A DNA stretch of 64,000 nt from Setoptus koraiensis (GCA_048013815.1 CM106585.1:7378001-7442000), one strand, 5' to 3'; shown: positions 10,501 to 24,472, counted from the stretch's first letter. Notes: generated by a model not told the origin, from the sequence alone. Numbers and translations: made by a program.

Positions 10501-13500
10501 ATGGAGGGTAATGGCGATCGGTTTAGTGGGCACGATGGCGATCACGACCAAGAAGGCGAGTCTTTGTGTATCTCGTATAATCGTATCGCATACATAATCA
10601 CCAGCGAGCATACAAACTTGTAAACATATAAACATATAAATAAAAATATAATGCAACAAGAGGATCAATTATACAAAGTAATATAATTAACAACACCAAT
10701 GGACGAACAAAGAAGCGCCTCTCAAGGAGAATAATAAGAACAATTCTAATGAGGCTCATCGTATACAATGAGACGGTCGGTCGGTCGGTCGGTCAGCCAG
10801 CCAACAAAGATGGCACAGATAGCATGTCAAACAGAGCGACGTCATACAAACATGGAAATGTAAGCGCAACCACCGATCAGAGAGTTGCATAACACTAGAT
10901 GAAAAATACAAATGCGTCAGATATAATCAGGCAGATAAAGAGAGAGAGAGAGAGCGAGAAACACGACTCGCTCGCGAGTGGTCATTCGCATTCAGTCCGC
11001 GCCAATCCATCTTTGCTTTGCAACAGATTGTTCGTAACAGATTGTTTGTAACAGATTGTTTGCAACAGAGATGCACACAGATAAGAGATTTGGTGGCATC
11101 CGTCTCGTCGCGTATCGTTTATTTTCGTTTCAATTTCAAATTATCAACACTTGTTGCACTCTTTGCTTGTCTCTCTATTAGCAGGGTCAGCCGAGTGCGC
11201 TGGCCACAAGCTGTAACTAAATATATACACTAAATAATGGCCGTTGATTGGTCGCGCTCGCAACCATTTGCTAGCTGACGCGAGGTTGGTTGTGTGCCGA
11301 TTGGCACTGTTTGCTGTTGGCAGCCATCGACTGTCGAGGTGTCGGTATCAATGTTGACTTGCACTGTCTACAGTATCGAATTCGAACTTGGCTCGATAAC
11401 AGTTGCATAATGGCAGAGAATAATTCGGTCTGCTGACGTGGGCTCGGCGGCGGCTTCGAAATTCGAAATTCAAAATTCAAAGTTAGAATTTCTAAAGTCG
11501 AAATTCGAATTTCGCAACTCGACTGCAACGGCAACTGGCAATTCGAACTGACAGAAACAGGCAACCGGCAAGTGGAAGCTGGCAAACGGCAAGCGTGTGG
11601 CAAGCTGGGACAACTCGCTAACGAGTTAGCGGCCGGCTCGGCGCCAATCTCGCAGCAGCTTGCCAGAGCAGCTTGTCAGAGCGGCTTGTCAGAGCGGCTT
11701 GTCAGACAGCATCCGACAGCGAGCATGTGCATCATGGTGAGCATGCCAGCCATGAGAATGATACACTCAGTGTGATATTACGCAACACGGATAAACAGGG
11801 AGATGTTTCTCTAGATCTAGAGCAGAGCGAGTTGGCGATAAATTTGCAAGCGCCAAGTTGCGCTTGATAACAGGGGATGACAGGGGATAACAGGGGCAGG
11901 TGTTTGCATTGGGCGGCTTGTAATGACTGATTGACTCTATAAAGGATTGTGTAAAGTCCGGCCGGCTGGCAATCGCATTGCCAGTTGGGCCGGCCGGCAA
12001 CCTGTTCCAGTGGCCGGTCGCCAGTGCAGAGCAACTTTTATTTGCAAATAAAAGTTGCAAATAAAAGCTCAAATACAAGCCGCAAACGCAGGCTGCAAAC
12101 GAAAAATAAAGATAAAATAAAATAAAAATGAGAACGAGAATAACTTTCAATGCGACCAATAACTTGCCTATGGTTGCTTATAATTCGTATGCTGGTTTGT
12201 GTGTGTCGTATCATTACACTCACATTTAATCATGAGACTTGATCATGACGTAATCGCATCAATTGCTTGCGCAGTTTCAACCGCACACCTATACCCATGT
12301 ATAAAGTGTGTGTATTTACGTACAGTACACACCTATACACATTTACACCTTTTTGCCTTGATACTTTTATCGAGTGTTTGTCGAGTTTTTGTTCATCGCA
12401 AATTTCATATCAATATTATTATTATTGTGCACATTTTACATGTGTATGCATGATATTAATACCATTGTGTTAATACCCATCGTGAACCAAAACTCGCACA
12501 TTCACAAAAGTAACTGTGAGGCGCTCAAATTGGAATTAATCGACTTGCATCACGATATAGGCCGGCCAGGTAATAGCCGGCCATTTGTGTGCCTAATACC
12601 CAACTAATATCATCGGTTATTAGTTGAGAATAATCTCTCAATGTATCACGACTTTCAACGCAACACACACAAACGCCGCAAATGTGAGGCCCAGCCGACA
12701 ACGATGTGCCGGCCAACGAATCAGGGCTGGGCACCGCTAATCATTTGTTAACGTTTTTGTCTTGTCTACAGATATTGTTACATACATACATAATAATAAT
12801 ATTGTTGTGCTCGTGTATACATAAACATTCATTAACTGTTCATAGTCGACATACATTCAAATTGTGTGCACCGCTACACCATTTGTATTATAATATGTGT
12901 CCGAGGTGCCATTTTGTCAGCCAAAATCCATTTGGCTTGGCAAGCGAAATTTGTTGGTTTGGTGGCCATTTCATCTCTAGTCACTAGAGTCTAGTGGCGA
13001 CTAAGGTTGCTCGATTGCACTGACATCTAGCAACGAGTTTGCGCTCTAACGCTAACCAATAGTTTGCCAGTTTGGTGTAACTGCATGCCAGTACATGCAC
13101 AAGTTGCGTAACACGTTTACGCAACCATCGTACTGTACGTTTGCAATTATTTCGTCCACTTGAGGCCACAACAAATCCACTTCGGGCCGGTCAATAATCC
13201 GGCCGCTTACAGCTCGAATCCTACAGCAAGCTCAGCGATCGCAGCGAGCGACTCAATGCCGAAGCCAGTGTGGAGGCCAGTGTATATAGTGGCATATATC
13301 ACAGTGCGTGGCGGCCATTGTTTGCTAGCTGGAATTGTGTTTCCCAATTGCGGCCGCTGATTGATCATCGCACTCTCACACTGACGCAGCTCGAACAGGG
13401 CAGACAGGGGATTGGTATATTCATACTGTACACGAATATAGGAGACATTCAATCTGTTTGTTTAGCAACGCAATCATCAATAATGGGCCCCCGCGCTCAT

Positions 13501-16500
13501 TGGCGTTCTTTGCGTTCTTTATTCTTAGCGTTCGCTTCTTGGTTGCGCTCGCTTGTGTCGGCTGGTTTGTTGCGGCCCGCAACTATAGGCTGCCATTGAG
13601 CACTCACCAGTGAGCCCACAGTGACTAAGTGAGAGATTTTGTGCGTTGCGTTGCGTCGCAAAGACAACACAAAATACTCTAATCTGTCGCTTGTTATGAG
13701 GCCAGCACCGTTATAAATTGCCCAATGCTCTGCAGTCAGCTGTTGGTTGCGGTCAGTGTTGGCGGCCTGTTAGTGGCGATGATTTTTGCCACTTACTCTT
13801 GCTTGCTCGGCGCACACAAAACGCAACAACAGCAACGACAGCGACAACAACGACAACGATAACAGCAACAACCACAGCAACAACCACAACAACAAGCACG
13901 GCTAATGATTGTTGTTTTGGGGGCCGCTTTATTTATTTATTGACTCACTGGCAAAGTGACGGCCACGACGACCAACAGCAACAGCAGCGGCGCATTGTGA
14001 CGGCTATTCAATTTGGGGCGCTTCGCTTGCGTGGTCGTCATGGCAACTTTCCGGTGCGCCTTCCACTTGTGGGCTCGCGTTTACTTTTGTTGACGGGCGC
14101 GCTGCACTGAATCCGCCGTCGAAGCCACCATCCAATGCGCCATCGAATACGCCAATGGATATACCATGGATATCCAGTTGACCAGTGAATGTGCCAGCCA
14201 CTGTGCCACCGAAACGGCATGTTAAGTGCTTCTGATGGCCGCTGATGGTCGCAAAACAAGAAGCGGCCATTTATTATTATCGTCGCGCAAGATCATTGAG
14301 AGGGCGACTTGAAACAACTCGAACGAGAGATGGTTGGTGTCAATTTGTTGTGACTGCTTCGGCCGACGCTGCTGGGCCAAACGATATCGGCCAAACGATA
14401 TCGGCCAACGACGTCGGCAAACGGCGTCGGCCAACGATGCCGGCCACGATGCCGGCCAAACAGCGACGCATGAAACAGTGAGAAAGTTGGCAGCCAACAA
14501 CTATTAATTGACAAATTGAGAACATGGTCTAGTTGTCAATGACGATCAATTGGCCAATTGAATGATTAAACTCAATCATTGTGCGATCACAGCACCATCC
14601 ATCTAGCAACCGACGGCCACTCTATTATATTATTGGCCGCTCACTACGGCAACAACAACACCATTCACTGCGACAACAACAACACCATTCACTACGACAA
14701 CAACAACACCATTGAGGCCGCACGCCGGCCACAAATGGACAAAACGGAATAAATAATGTTGTTGCTATTATTGTGTTTGCACTGTTGTGACACCAGCCGA
14801 CCGACCAACAAAATCGACTCACTTTATCGCTATATCACGGTATTTATCGGTGCTATATGGGTGCTCTATATCGAGTGCATGGCCACATGTAAGAGCTTGT
14901 CTCTATCATTGTCTCTATAAACATAAGTGTGTATATAGAGACAAACTCTTATATATCGTGATATATCGTAAGCAGCTTATAGCTTACATGTGAGTCATCA
15001 ATTATGGCCGTCATTATGCTAGTCGCTAGTGGTCAGATGGGGCCTCGCCCTATTGTTGCTGCCATTATTGCTTATTGGTCAAATTGTTGGTTCCATTGTT
15101 CGCGTAGCGGGCTGCGTTTATGTTGCCCGACAGCGCCACTCAATATCCGTTCGCGCCCTCGCTCCCATTCCGGTGCAGGCAACAGCAACCGATTGATGGA
15201 TCTATTTGACTTTTTACTCTTTGGCGCTCGCTGGTTGCCGAATGTTGTTGTTGTCGTCAAATGTGTTGCCGTTGTTGTTGTCGTTGTTGTCGTAGCAAAT
15301 GTCTCTCTTTGGGCTGTTTAGCCTTGGCATCGGCAACTGGCAATTGTTATCCGATTGTCGTGCCCCAATACATACACCGTGAGCAGTATAGTGACATATC
15401 CTCGGGTGTGTACGTGTATATACAACCTATGCTCAACCGTTATCTATTGTCACCATCGCTTATGCCGATTAATTGTGGCGAGCCCCAAAAACGCACAACA
15501 AACAAACAAACAAAAGCCAGGCGATCATTGGCGATCATTGGCGATCATTGGCGATCATTCATCATTGGGCGCTGTCTTATCTGCGAGTCGGCATCTATGT
15601 ATCTCGGCTGGTGTGATTGGGCCAGTCATTTGACAACAACATTTGGCTACTTTACACGATCGCGGCACCAACAACGACAACAACAACAGCGACAACAACA
15701 ACAGCGACAACAACAACAGCGACAAACAAGATCAATTGAACAACAATCGATCTTGTTCGCTGCTCTGTCGATAGCCGCTGATGATAATAATAGATATTGT
15801 CATCGGGTGCGCATCACGGGCCGGATATGTGCACAAGTCGCTATTCACGAGGCGTGCTTTGTTTTCAGCGGGAGCCACGAACCCTGCAGCGACTCGCAGT
15901 GACTCGCGGCGATTCGCAGCGACGCGATGGGGCCCCAAACGCTGCCCGGCAAACTCGGCCAAACAACCAGAAGAGACCGAAGCACGTAGACCGCCCATGG
16001 CTCGCAACAACACGACTTACTGCTGGTGTCAACAGCGACAACCGCGGACACTTCATTCAGTGGCTAGCGGCGCTTGTTGCTGCCGTCGATGCGGTTGTTG
16101 TCGGTGTTGTCGGTGTTGCCGGCTGTTGGCGGTTGTTGGCGGTTGTTGGCGGTTGTTGTGGGCGAGCATTGTTCAAGTGTCAATTTAATTTACTCCTACC
16201 CTTTGGCCATTCCTTTGTTGGCGCTGTCACTGCACACACTTACTGCTGGCCGCAAGCCAACTCGCGCCGTCACAATCGAGACGCTTCGGCACGTTTCAAA
16301 ACACTTTGCCACTTTTGCGACTTTGGCCTCTGTTGCCACTTTGCGGGCCATCGTTGCCTCTGTTTGGCCTGGCCCGACTGGCCCAACTGGCCGAACTGGC
16401 CGAACTGGCCGAAATTCAAACTGGACGCTCGGAAATTTGACTCGAAGTGGAAAATTCGTTTCCACTAGCGACCGACGGTATTAATTTGTGTGTGCGTGCG

Positions 16501-19500
16501 TACAATCAAATATTTGAGACTTTATCCGAGAGGCGCGCAAATTCAACCAATGCGCGCGATCCACAAACAATCGATTCATGTGAACCATGCTCAATTCATG
16601 AACTTATGAATACGGCCAACAACGGCCAACAACGGCCACATTGAACAGCATTCATAAGTGTTCACGAATTGAGACTGCGAATTCATCGTAGTGGCGGCTC
16701 ATTTCGCGAAGTAAGAGGTAAAAGTGAGCACGTTGTTGTTTGCTCAAACGTGCCTCTCAAAAGTGGCCCAAACAACAACAATCAACATGGAAATTAGCTG
16801 AGCGATAGGTTGTTTTAGTTGTCGATTGTGGTCGTTGTTCTAGGCACAACCACAACAACCACAACAACCACAACAATTGAGCATAATAAACGGTATTACT
16901 ATAATAGAGTTGGTCTTGTTAATCGAGTTACAAAGCAAACACACTGATTTGCGCCCATTTTACAGTGGGCCAGCCACTGTAAAAGCCGTGCTTTAGACAA
17001 TGACCACAAGTGGCCCCATTGTGCCCTATTGAGCGCGTCGCATTCTCGGCTATTCAATCAATATTAATATAATATCATTGCTTGGGTGCGCCCGTTAATC
17101 GCCGGTTAACGGTAAATTGTGCTCGCGACGATCACACGATTGGCACAAAGTGGCCAACAATTAAACAGTTGGCTTCTGCACAGTGTGTCGATGTGGTGCG
17201 AGATGTGTGTTTATCATATATCTTGGGTCATTTGATGACTTTGTTTGGAGTGGCCAGCGGAGGCTCGCGATTTGAATGGTCGCCAGTCCAGTGAAAGTGA
17301 CACCCCATTTGGCTAGCATTTGCATTGTATTCTGGATCTGATTGACACCAACAACAACAACCACAACAAATGCCGTTATTTGTTATTGTTCAATCACTGG
17401 CCGAGAGGGCGCCATACCAACTCACTGCTCGCCATTCAATTGGCTCGCTTCCATTGCGAATCTGCGATTCGAAGTGCCCATAAAGTGAAATGAGTTGCTC
17501 ATCGGCTCGCAAGGCCATATACGTATATAAATATACGCATATAAATAAAAAGACTGGCTACTATAAAAAGACGAGAATTTGTTTATCCGTTGTGCCGTTC
17601 ACTTCTGACAAGTTGATTGCTTGCTGCAAGGGCCGGCGCAATGTGGCAATTTGGCACGCGCTTTTGGGAGTGTCAAATGTTATAAATATAAGGATTAGTA
17701 GTGGTCGCGAGTCGACAAACAAATCTCTTCCTCTTCAACACAAATCTCTTGGGGTTACTAACGAGTCCGCTAAAGTTGGCGCACGATATGGATCGCGTCG
17801 CGTCCCGTTTTTAGTTGCACTTTGCAATAAATTTTGGCTCGCATAAATGAGATTTAGAGCAAGCAGTTTTGCAGTAACTACACACAAATAACTAATCATC
17901 GCCCGTTATTATTATACAGTTACAATGAGCAGTGGTCAGTTTGAGTTTGAGTGACCACTGCTAACATAGAGTGCGTGTGCTTGTGTTGGTTGGTATCGCT
18001 ACATGAGGCAACAATCGTATCATCTTGAGCATACTTTTGTGCTACTTAATATCTTTGTTGGCTGCATCTCTCAATATCTCTGTTGCGTAGTGTGCATGTG
18101 TTTAAATATAATATGCGAATACCATGGGACATATATCACAATTATTGTCGTCTAGGCCAAACACAGCCAGAAGCCAGACAAAGAGATAGAGAGAGACATG
18201 TAAATCATCATTTGTGACAATTAAACAATAAACAAATAGCGCCAACATGTACACATCTCATCGAGTTTTGTTGCAGTTGGTCGCGGTCGCATGTCATTTG
18301 CATGCCCATGTCACATATATACACAAAATGTTTCCATTGCATCTCATTGCATCTCAACGCTCTCTCATCTCATTGCTGCTCATTGGATCTTGTGCGATCT
18401 TGTGAGTAGCTTAAAGTTTTATAACGACAACTACACAACATGCTCAGCGTGTGTCATACGACGCTAGCCACCAGCAGACATTAGATACTAGTGGTGGCAT
18501 GTATATCCAATAGTTATCCAATAGTCAGTTATAATAGTTGCCAGAACAACGGAAATGTTGGCTTTTATACGCATACGCCGTTTTATATTATAGCGCCGTT
18601 TTGTATTATAACTTGGCGTTGGCGTTCGAGGCGCATTCTTGAACTTATTATTATTCAACTTATCCAACTTATTTGAGAAGCAGTAGTCGTTGTTGTCGTT
18701 GTTGTTGTTGTTGTTGCTGCTGTTGCGGTTGTTGTTGTGCGATGCACGGATATGTTCAAAACGAATTTTGGCAGACAGTGCTAACGAATGTTCCTTGGCT
18801 GGCTTTTTTAGCCACCACCGAACGGGGACTGTTAAACATTTGAATCGTATCGCTATGGCGGCTTCAGACAACAACAACAACAACCAACGACCACGGATGC
18901 AAATATATGAGATGGATAATAATGACAATCACAATAATAATATAATGGCGCAATGAAGCTCACACAGCGCCCAGAAACCAACATTGTAGATGATGATGAT
19001 GATGTTAGATGATACTTCATGCTGCCTACTAAGATAACTGCTCTCTAACTACTATAACTAAATTGTTGTTAATTCATACATATGCAAGATGATGATAGTA
19101 ATGATAATAGTAATAATGATAATAATAATAAGATGTACATGTCACAACTGCGACTATTATTACGTATGGGCGCGTAGTTGGTAGTTGATTTTTAGTGGAG
19201 CACATTACAGTCGAGTAAATCACAACTAGCAAATTGAAACTAGAGAAGACTCGCTCAAACTTGACTTGTCTTGCATCAACTATCGCTCCTTTGCTCGCTC
19301 TTTTGCTCGCAAATTCTCACTCAAATCAACCAACTATCAAACCAACTCACTTTAGAATAACCGTTCCAATTCCTATCTCTCTTATTTTTTTTTTATAATA
19401 TGTCGCAATATCTCGTAATATCTCATGATGAATGCTCATCATGGTCGCATCTCATCTCGTGATTGCCGATGAAAAGTGAACAGCTCTCAGTTGAGTTGTT

Positions 19501-22171
19501 TGTTGAGATATGCATATTGTGTGTATATACACACATTCCAGGCGGCAGCTCATTCGAATGAGGCTACAATCGCGTAGAGGCGAAACGCACTTCGATTGAC
19601 CACAAAGTCTCAATTTCAAACTTGTGCCCGCTTGGTGAGTTATGAGTTTGTTGTTGTTCAAGTATTTGCCGTCATCGTCTCTCTCTCTACTGAGAACTAC
19701 GTCGTACCGTGGTACGTCGACTAAAAACTGATCACCGTCCAGCGTCGTTAGTCGTCGTCTACACTCAATGACGGGCCTCCTCTCATTTTATCTCATTTCA
19801 TCGTGGGGCTGGCAAGGCAATTAGCTTCACTTGGGCCACAATAACCCAACACAAACACACACACTATCTAGACATGGCAGAGTCACTGCCACTACAAGTA
19901 GTATTTTTGTTCGGGCTCTCAAGCGAACGCTGGTTAGCTAGCTAAACGGTCATTAATGAATCGACGATGACTAATGACATTTGTTTTTGTTTTATTCATT
20001 TCTAACTATTCTCACGGTGATGCTCATGAGTGTGTCGTCATGTTTGTCGTCCTTCGTAAGTACATCCTATATCGCACAGATAGTGTGGATATCTTAATAA
20101 GTATCATACTCTCTTTACAGCCGCTTAACAGTTGATGATAACTTATCAATGATACTCTATCATGATGACTCATACTAGACAGCAGCGACAATTGCTGCCT
20201 CTTTAATCGCATTATCTTGTACTTACGTAATCATTATCGTCGTTGCCACTATCGGTCATGTACAGTTTTTGTTCATTCATTTGTTGATAATGACAAACTC
20301 TCTCTCTCTCTCCCTCTCGCTCTCGTGACAGTCTCGATACGTAAGCTACTTTTATAAACAAACTTGTGTAATGTGTGTATGTGTATTTGGCATCACTGTA
20401 CGTCTTGTATTTTGTGCTGACTACCAATTGGTCATTGTCGCTTACACCAGACACTGATACTGCCTCCCCCAACTCTCCCAATCCATACCTGATAGCTCCA
20501 TCTATAACACAAATCGGAGCAAGTGGCCAGCTCCCATTCCGCCCTCCCTTTTTCAAGCTAGACCCAGGGAGCTATCCCTAGCCTTGCATTGCAAAAAACA
20601 AAACCAACTAGAACAACTAAAAGATAAACACAAATGTATACAAGAAATTCAAAGCGGTTTGATCTATTTTTTATCGTTCTCATCATCATGACCAAACGTC
20701 TCAAAATATCTACAACCTGCAAACGGCCCATTTCCATTTGACTGGAGGAGCCGGCACAAAAAGTTACCAGCTCCCCCAAATCTGAAACAATCTGACATAG
20801 GCATAGGTGCTACTCATCCGATCACTAATCGACGAATTAGTATCTTTGAAAACCGCGCTACAGAACTGTTGGAATCTGCCATTTATCACTTACTTTTCAT
20901 ATGTCAGAAGAAATAAAACTTTTCGAGAGAGAACCCGATTTACAGTAGTGTCAAAAGCACACACTCTCTACTCAAACTGACTTCTCAAACGAATGTGGCG
21001 CCGCCTATAGTGTTCGAAGTTGACCAATCCCTTCATTTTCTCATTCGCAGGCACTTCGGTGTCTGCTGCACATTCCTTCGCATGTCCGTTCTTTGTTCGA
21101 TGTCCCTCTCCGTTAGTCCGTTGTCCCTCTACGTTCGTCCGTTGGACTAACAAAAATGGCGGGCAGTGCACAAAGAACAACGAACAAAGAATCCTTTGTG
21201 CAAACAGTTTCTTCTTTTAGGCCGTTTTCATCGGGACAGACTCACTGTGAAACCGAAGTAGTTTTATTTTCAATATCAGTAATTTAGTATTTTCAGTATC
21301 ATTAATCTAGTGTTTTCAGTATCAGTAATCTAGTGTCTTCAATATCAGTAATCTAGTGTCCTCAATATTCTCCTAAGCTCGAGTGATTGGAACAAATTGG
21401 ATCATTTATTTAGCCATTATCTTCGTTTAACTTCACAATTGGCGTCTGAAAAACCAGACAAAGATGGAAGCGACAACAGATCATCACGACAATCAATAAC
21501 TGGCCCAGCAAAAAAACCGGCAGTTGCAACAGCAGCAACAATAACTGGTCTCTCGCGAAGCTATCCTTCGACATGCAATTGCAAACGTATTAGGCGCAAC
21601 AAGTGGCGACGGCAGCAACAACGATAACAACAACGATCATCAAGACGAGACTGATGCCAACAGTCAAATGATGAAAATGTCCGTTATTCAAAAACGAGGC
21701 CCCTATAGAGCCAAGCAACGGCCTCTCCGGATCGACTTCGGCATCGTTGTCGCTAGCAGTGGACAATGGCGCTTATAATTCGCCACCTCAATATCCATCT
21801 CTCGGTTCCTCTGGCCACAGTAGCATATTATTCGGCAGATCAATATTGAGCAATGATCTAAACGAAAATCTACCTCCACCTGTATTAATGTTTATGCGTG
21901 ATTACATCAGATTCTTTTTTGGTTGCAGCGAATGTGCTGATCACTTTGAAGAGTAATCATCCGATTGGAGCATAGAACGTATCAGACGGCACGAGTACAA
22001 CAATTTCTTTCGACGAGACTATTGAATGGAACGAGCCAGAGGTGGATTTTTTAAACAGGTGAGTTCACAATATTTGATATTAGCTTTGACAATGTTAGTG
22101 ATGCTGCCCGTAGCCACAATAATGGCCTGTGTGATCGCCAGGATGCACCAAGAGAAAAAATTACGCTCCTA

Positions 22172-23313
22172 ACGTGTGGTAAGTTGAAATGATTCGCTTT
22201 TGTTTTTTTGTGTGTGCTTCACATATGATTGTGCGTATATGGCCATGTGACACATTTTTGAACACGTGTGGAGATGATTGAGAGATTGATGTGATATATT
22301 TATAATTAGAGTGAATATTTATGTGATAAAAATGACCTCAAAAGAAGAGACAGTGAGAGAGCGAGTGGTCAACTTCTATGTTGAGTGCGCGGACCGTGAC
22401 CTACGGAAAACTGTTTTTCACTTCAAACAGGAGGGAATGTGGCCTCAAACCATTAAAAAAATAGTGAGAAGGTATGAGGAGACCGGCAGTGTATACAGTG
22501 TGGGAAAAAACAATTGGCACCAAAATACAAAGATGGAGATGTGGAGAAGATCAAAACCCAATGCAACTGGCTGCACCGGATGTTCAAAGGAAAGGACATT
22601 ATACTCGATGATGAAAAATATTTCAGCCTCAAAGATAAAACTCATCAACATTATTACACCAGCAACTCTGCCGAGACACCTGATGCCGTCAAATACAGAG
22701 AGAGTGAGAAGTTCACCCCAAAAGTGATGATATGGTTGGCCGGCTCTCCAAAAGGAATCTCGGAGGTGTACATTCATCGAGGGAAAAATGCAGTCAATTC
22801 GGAGATTTATATCAACCAATGTTTGAAAAGATTAGTCAAATTCATAGAAGAACACCATTCAGATGGCAATTATTATTTTTGGCCTGATAAAGCCAAGTCA
22901 CACTACTCTCGTTTAACACAAGAGTTTTACAGTGACAACAACATCAATGTTGTGCCGCTCGAGAGGAACCCCACAAATCTTCCTCAGGCAAGGCCTATTG
23001 AAGATTTTTGGGCCTATCTCGATCGGATGGTTTGGTCAGGTCGCAATAGACCAAATTCCATTGATTCTCTTATAAAGAGAATCAAATATTGTGTCAAAAA
23101 CATAGACGAGAATGTTGTCCACAACACTTTTCAGTCTACTAAACAGAGAGTGAGAAAATGTGCTCAAAATGGTCCATATGCCATAGTTCATTGATATCAT
23201 CATATTCAGTACATATTCTAGTTTGTAACAGTGAAAATTTTATCTTTCTACCCTACTCAATAAAAAAGCTGCCAACAAAATTCCGAGGCGAATCATTTCA
23301 ACTTACCACACGT
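22172..23313 (+). mobile_element. IS630-Tc1-mariner DNA transposon, DD37E type, internally deleted (1142 bp)
   Basis: Perfect 26-bp TIRs ACGTGTGGTAAGTTGAAATGATTCGC at 22172-22197 and 23288-23313; TA duplication at 22170-22171 and 23314-23315; the empty site GCTCCTATTCAAAC is visible in the intact QSOX. Confidence 0.95.
22332..23194 (+). pseudogene. DD37E transposase, frameshifted
   Basis: N-terminal HTH-like part MTSKEETVRERVVNFY...IVRRYEETGSV in one frame; catalytic part ILDDEKYF...FWPDKAKSHY...PQARPIEDFW in another, with 37 residues between the second D and the E. Junction near 22500; the second DNA-binding segment appears missing. Confidence 0.88.
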
Positions 23314-23515
23314 TATTCAAACGGCAACGGAGCTATCAATATATCAATGGAGATATAACATTAAGTGGGCAACAATTATGATTCCATCTATCGACCTAGA
23401 CACCCCCCAGCCACCCCACCCCTTCACTTATATCTTTAAATATCACAAAGGTCCGGGGAACCCCTGTCCGTCAGCTCATCCATTTGGGCGTGAAATCTAA
23501 ATTTTTAAATTTAAA

Positions 23516-23688
23516 TAGTGATGGGGGGAGATCGATCTCCCGCACATGGGAGCCATTCTCCCTCTCCCCGGGAGATTCACTCATGCGAGCTCCCGGGCCC
23601 TCCCGCTCCCGCGAATCTCCCGAGTCTCCCAAATTCTTCCCAAACCTCCCAAATTTCTCCCATGGCGGGAGATCTCCCCCCATCACTA
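23516..23688. mobile_element. hAT-type MITE, unit 1 (173 bp)
   Basis: Perfect 17-bp TIRs TAGTGATGGGGGGAGAT at 23516-23532 and 23672-23688; identical 8-bp flanks AATTTAAA at 23508-23515 and 23689-23696. TAGNG ends with an 8-bp TSD fit hAT. Confidence 0.75.
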
Positions 23689-23697
23689 AATTTAAAA

Positions 23698-23968
23698 TAG
23701 TGATGGGGGGAGATTCTTACCCGGGGGTCCCGTTTCTCTCATTTCTCCCAAATCTCCCAAAATTCTCCCAAATCGCCCAAATTTCTCACGTCACTCCGGT
23801 TTCTCCCGGGTGCGTTTTCAAATGTATGTTCTTCTCCGCCAGGAGCGCCTCTTCGTCCGAAACATACCTTCGAAAACGCACACGGGAGAAACCGGAGAAA
23901 CGAGAGAAACGGGAGACGCGGGACTTCCGGGGAAGAATCTCCCCGCGAGAATTCTCCCCTCATCGCTA
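23698..23968. mobile_element. hAT-type MITE, unit 2 (271 bp)
   Basis: Same TIR at 23698-23714, 14/17 match at 23952-23968; flanks ATTTAAAA and TTTTAAAA (7/8). Confidence 0.68.
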
Positions 23969-24472
23969 TTTTAAAAGGGCAGATTCAGCACAAACACCCC
24001 CCTACAGCCTACCTCTCTCTCTCTCTCTCTCTCTCTCCCTCCTGATTCTCCTATTTGGTCCAAATTAATATTAATTATATTTTTTTCTTCTTTCTTGAGA
24101 ATCTTCAGAAATATTTTACTTTGAAAGAAGGAACCGTCACTTTAGTACACAAAATTAATCCTATCAACGCGCACAGATTGTACATAAGCACACATTGTGC
24201 CGCAGCATTGTACTCAGGAAATATACAGCGCGCCAACATTGCATATTCTATGGTAATGTGCAGCCTAGGCGCTTCCTGTGCCTTCACTGCTCGCTACTGT
24301 AACCTTATATGATTATTAGTGAGAAAACTTAACTCAGGAAAACACTAACCTCAATCTGCTAGAATGCTTGGAAGAATCGAGGAATGAATTAAACGTCGCA
24401 GTCCAAGCTTGCATGTGTAATGAACGGACAAACGAGGGTATCTCGGGGTAGTTCTATATCTGAAAAAGTACT

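Larger units (their letters stand above)
21375..23425 (+). pseudogene. QSOX: Inverted partial duplicate of QSOX (3' half plus start of 3' UTR), interrupted by a transposon
   Basis: Collinear with the reverse complement of 34650 to ~33030 (e.g. MRDYIRFFFGCSECADHFEE*). Premature TAA at 21954-21956, three internal deletions, and the transposon at 22172-23313; homology resumes at 23314 with TATTCAAACGGCAACGG. Confidence 0.93.

Noticed and set aside
18488-18956. Opposing ORFs with a signal-peptide-like poly-L start and a GPCR-loop-like basic segment
   Set aside because: Hydrophobic runs come from (GTT)n; no conserved receptor motifs.
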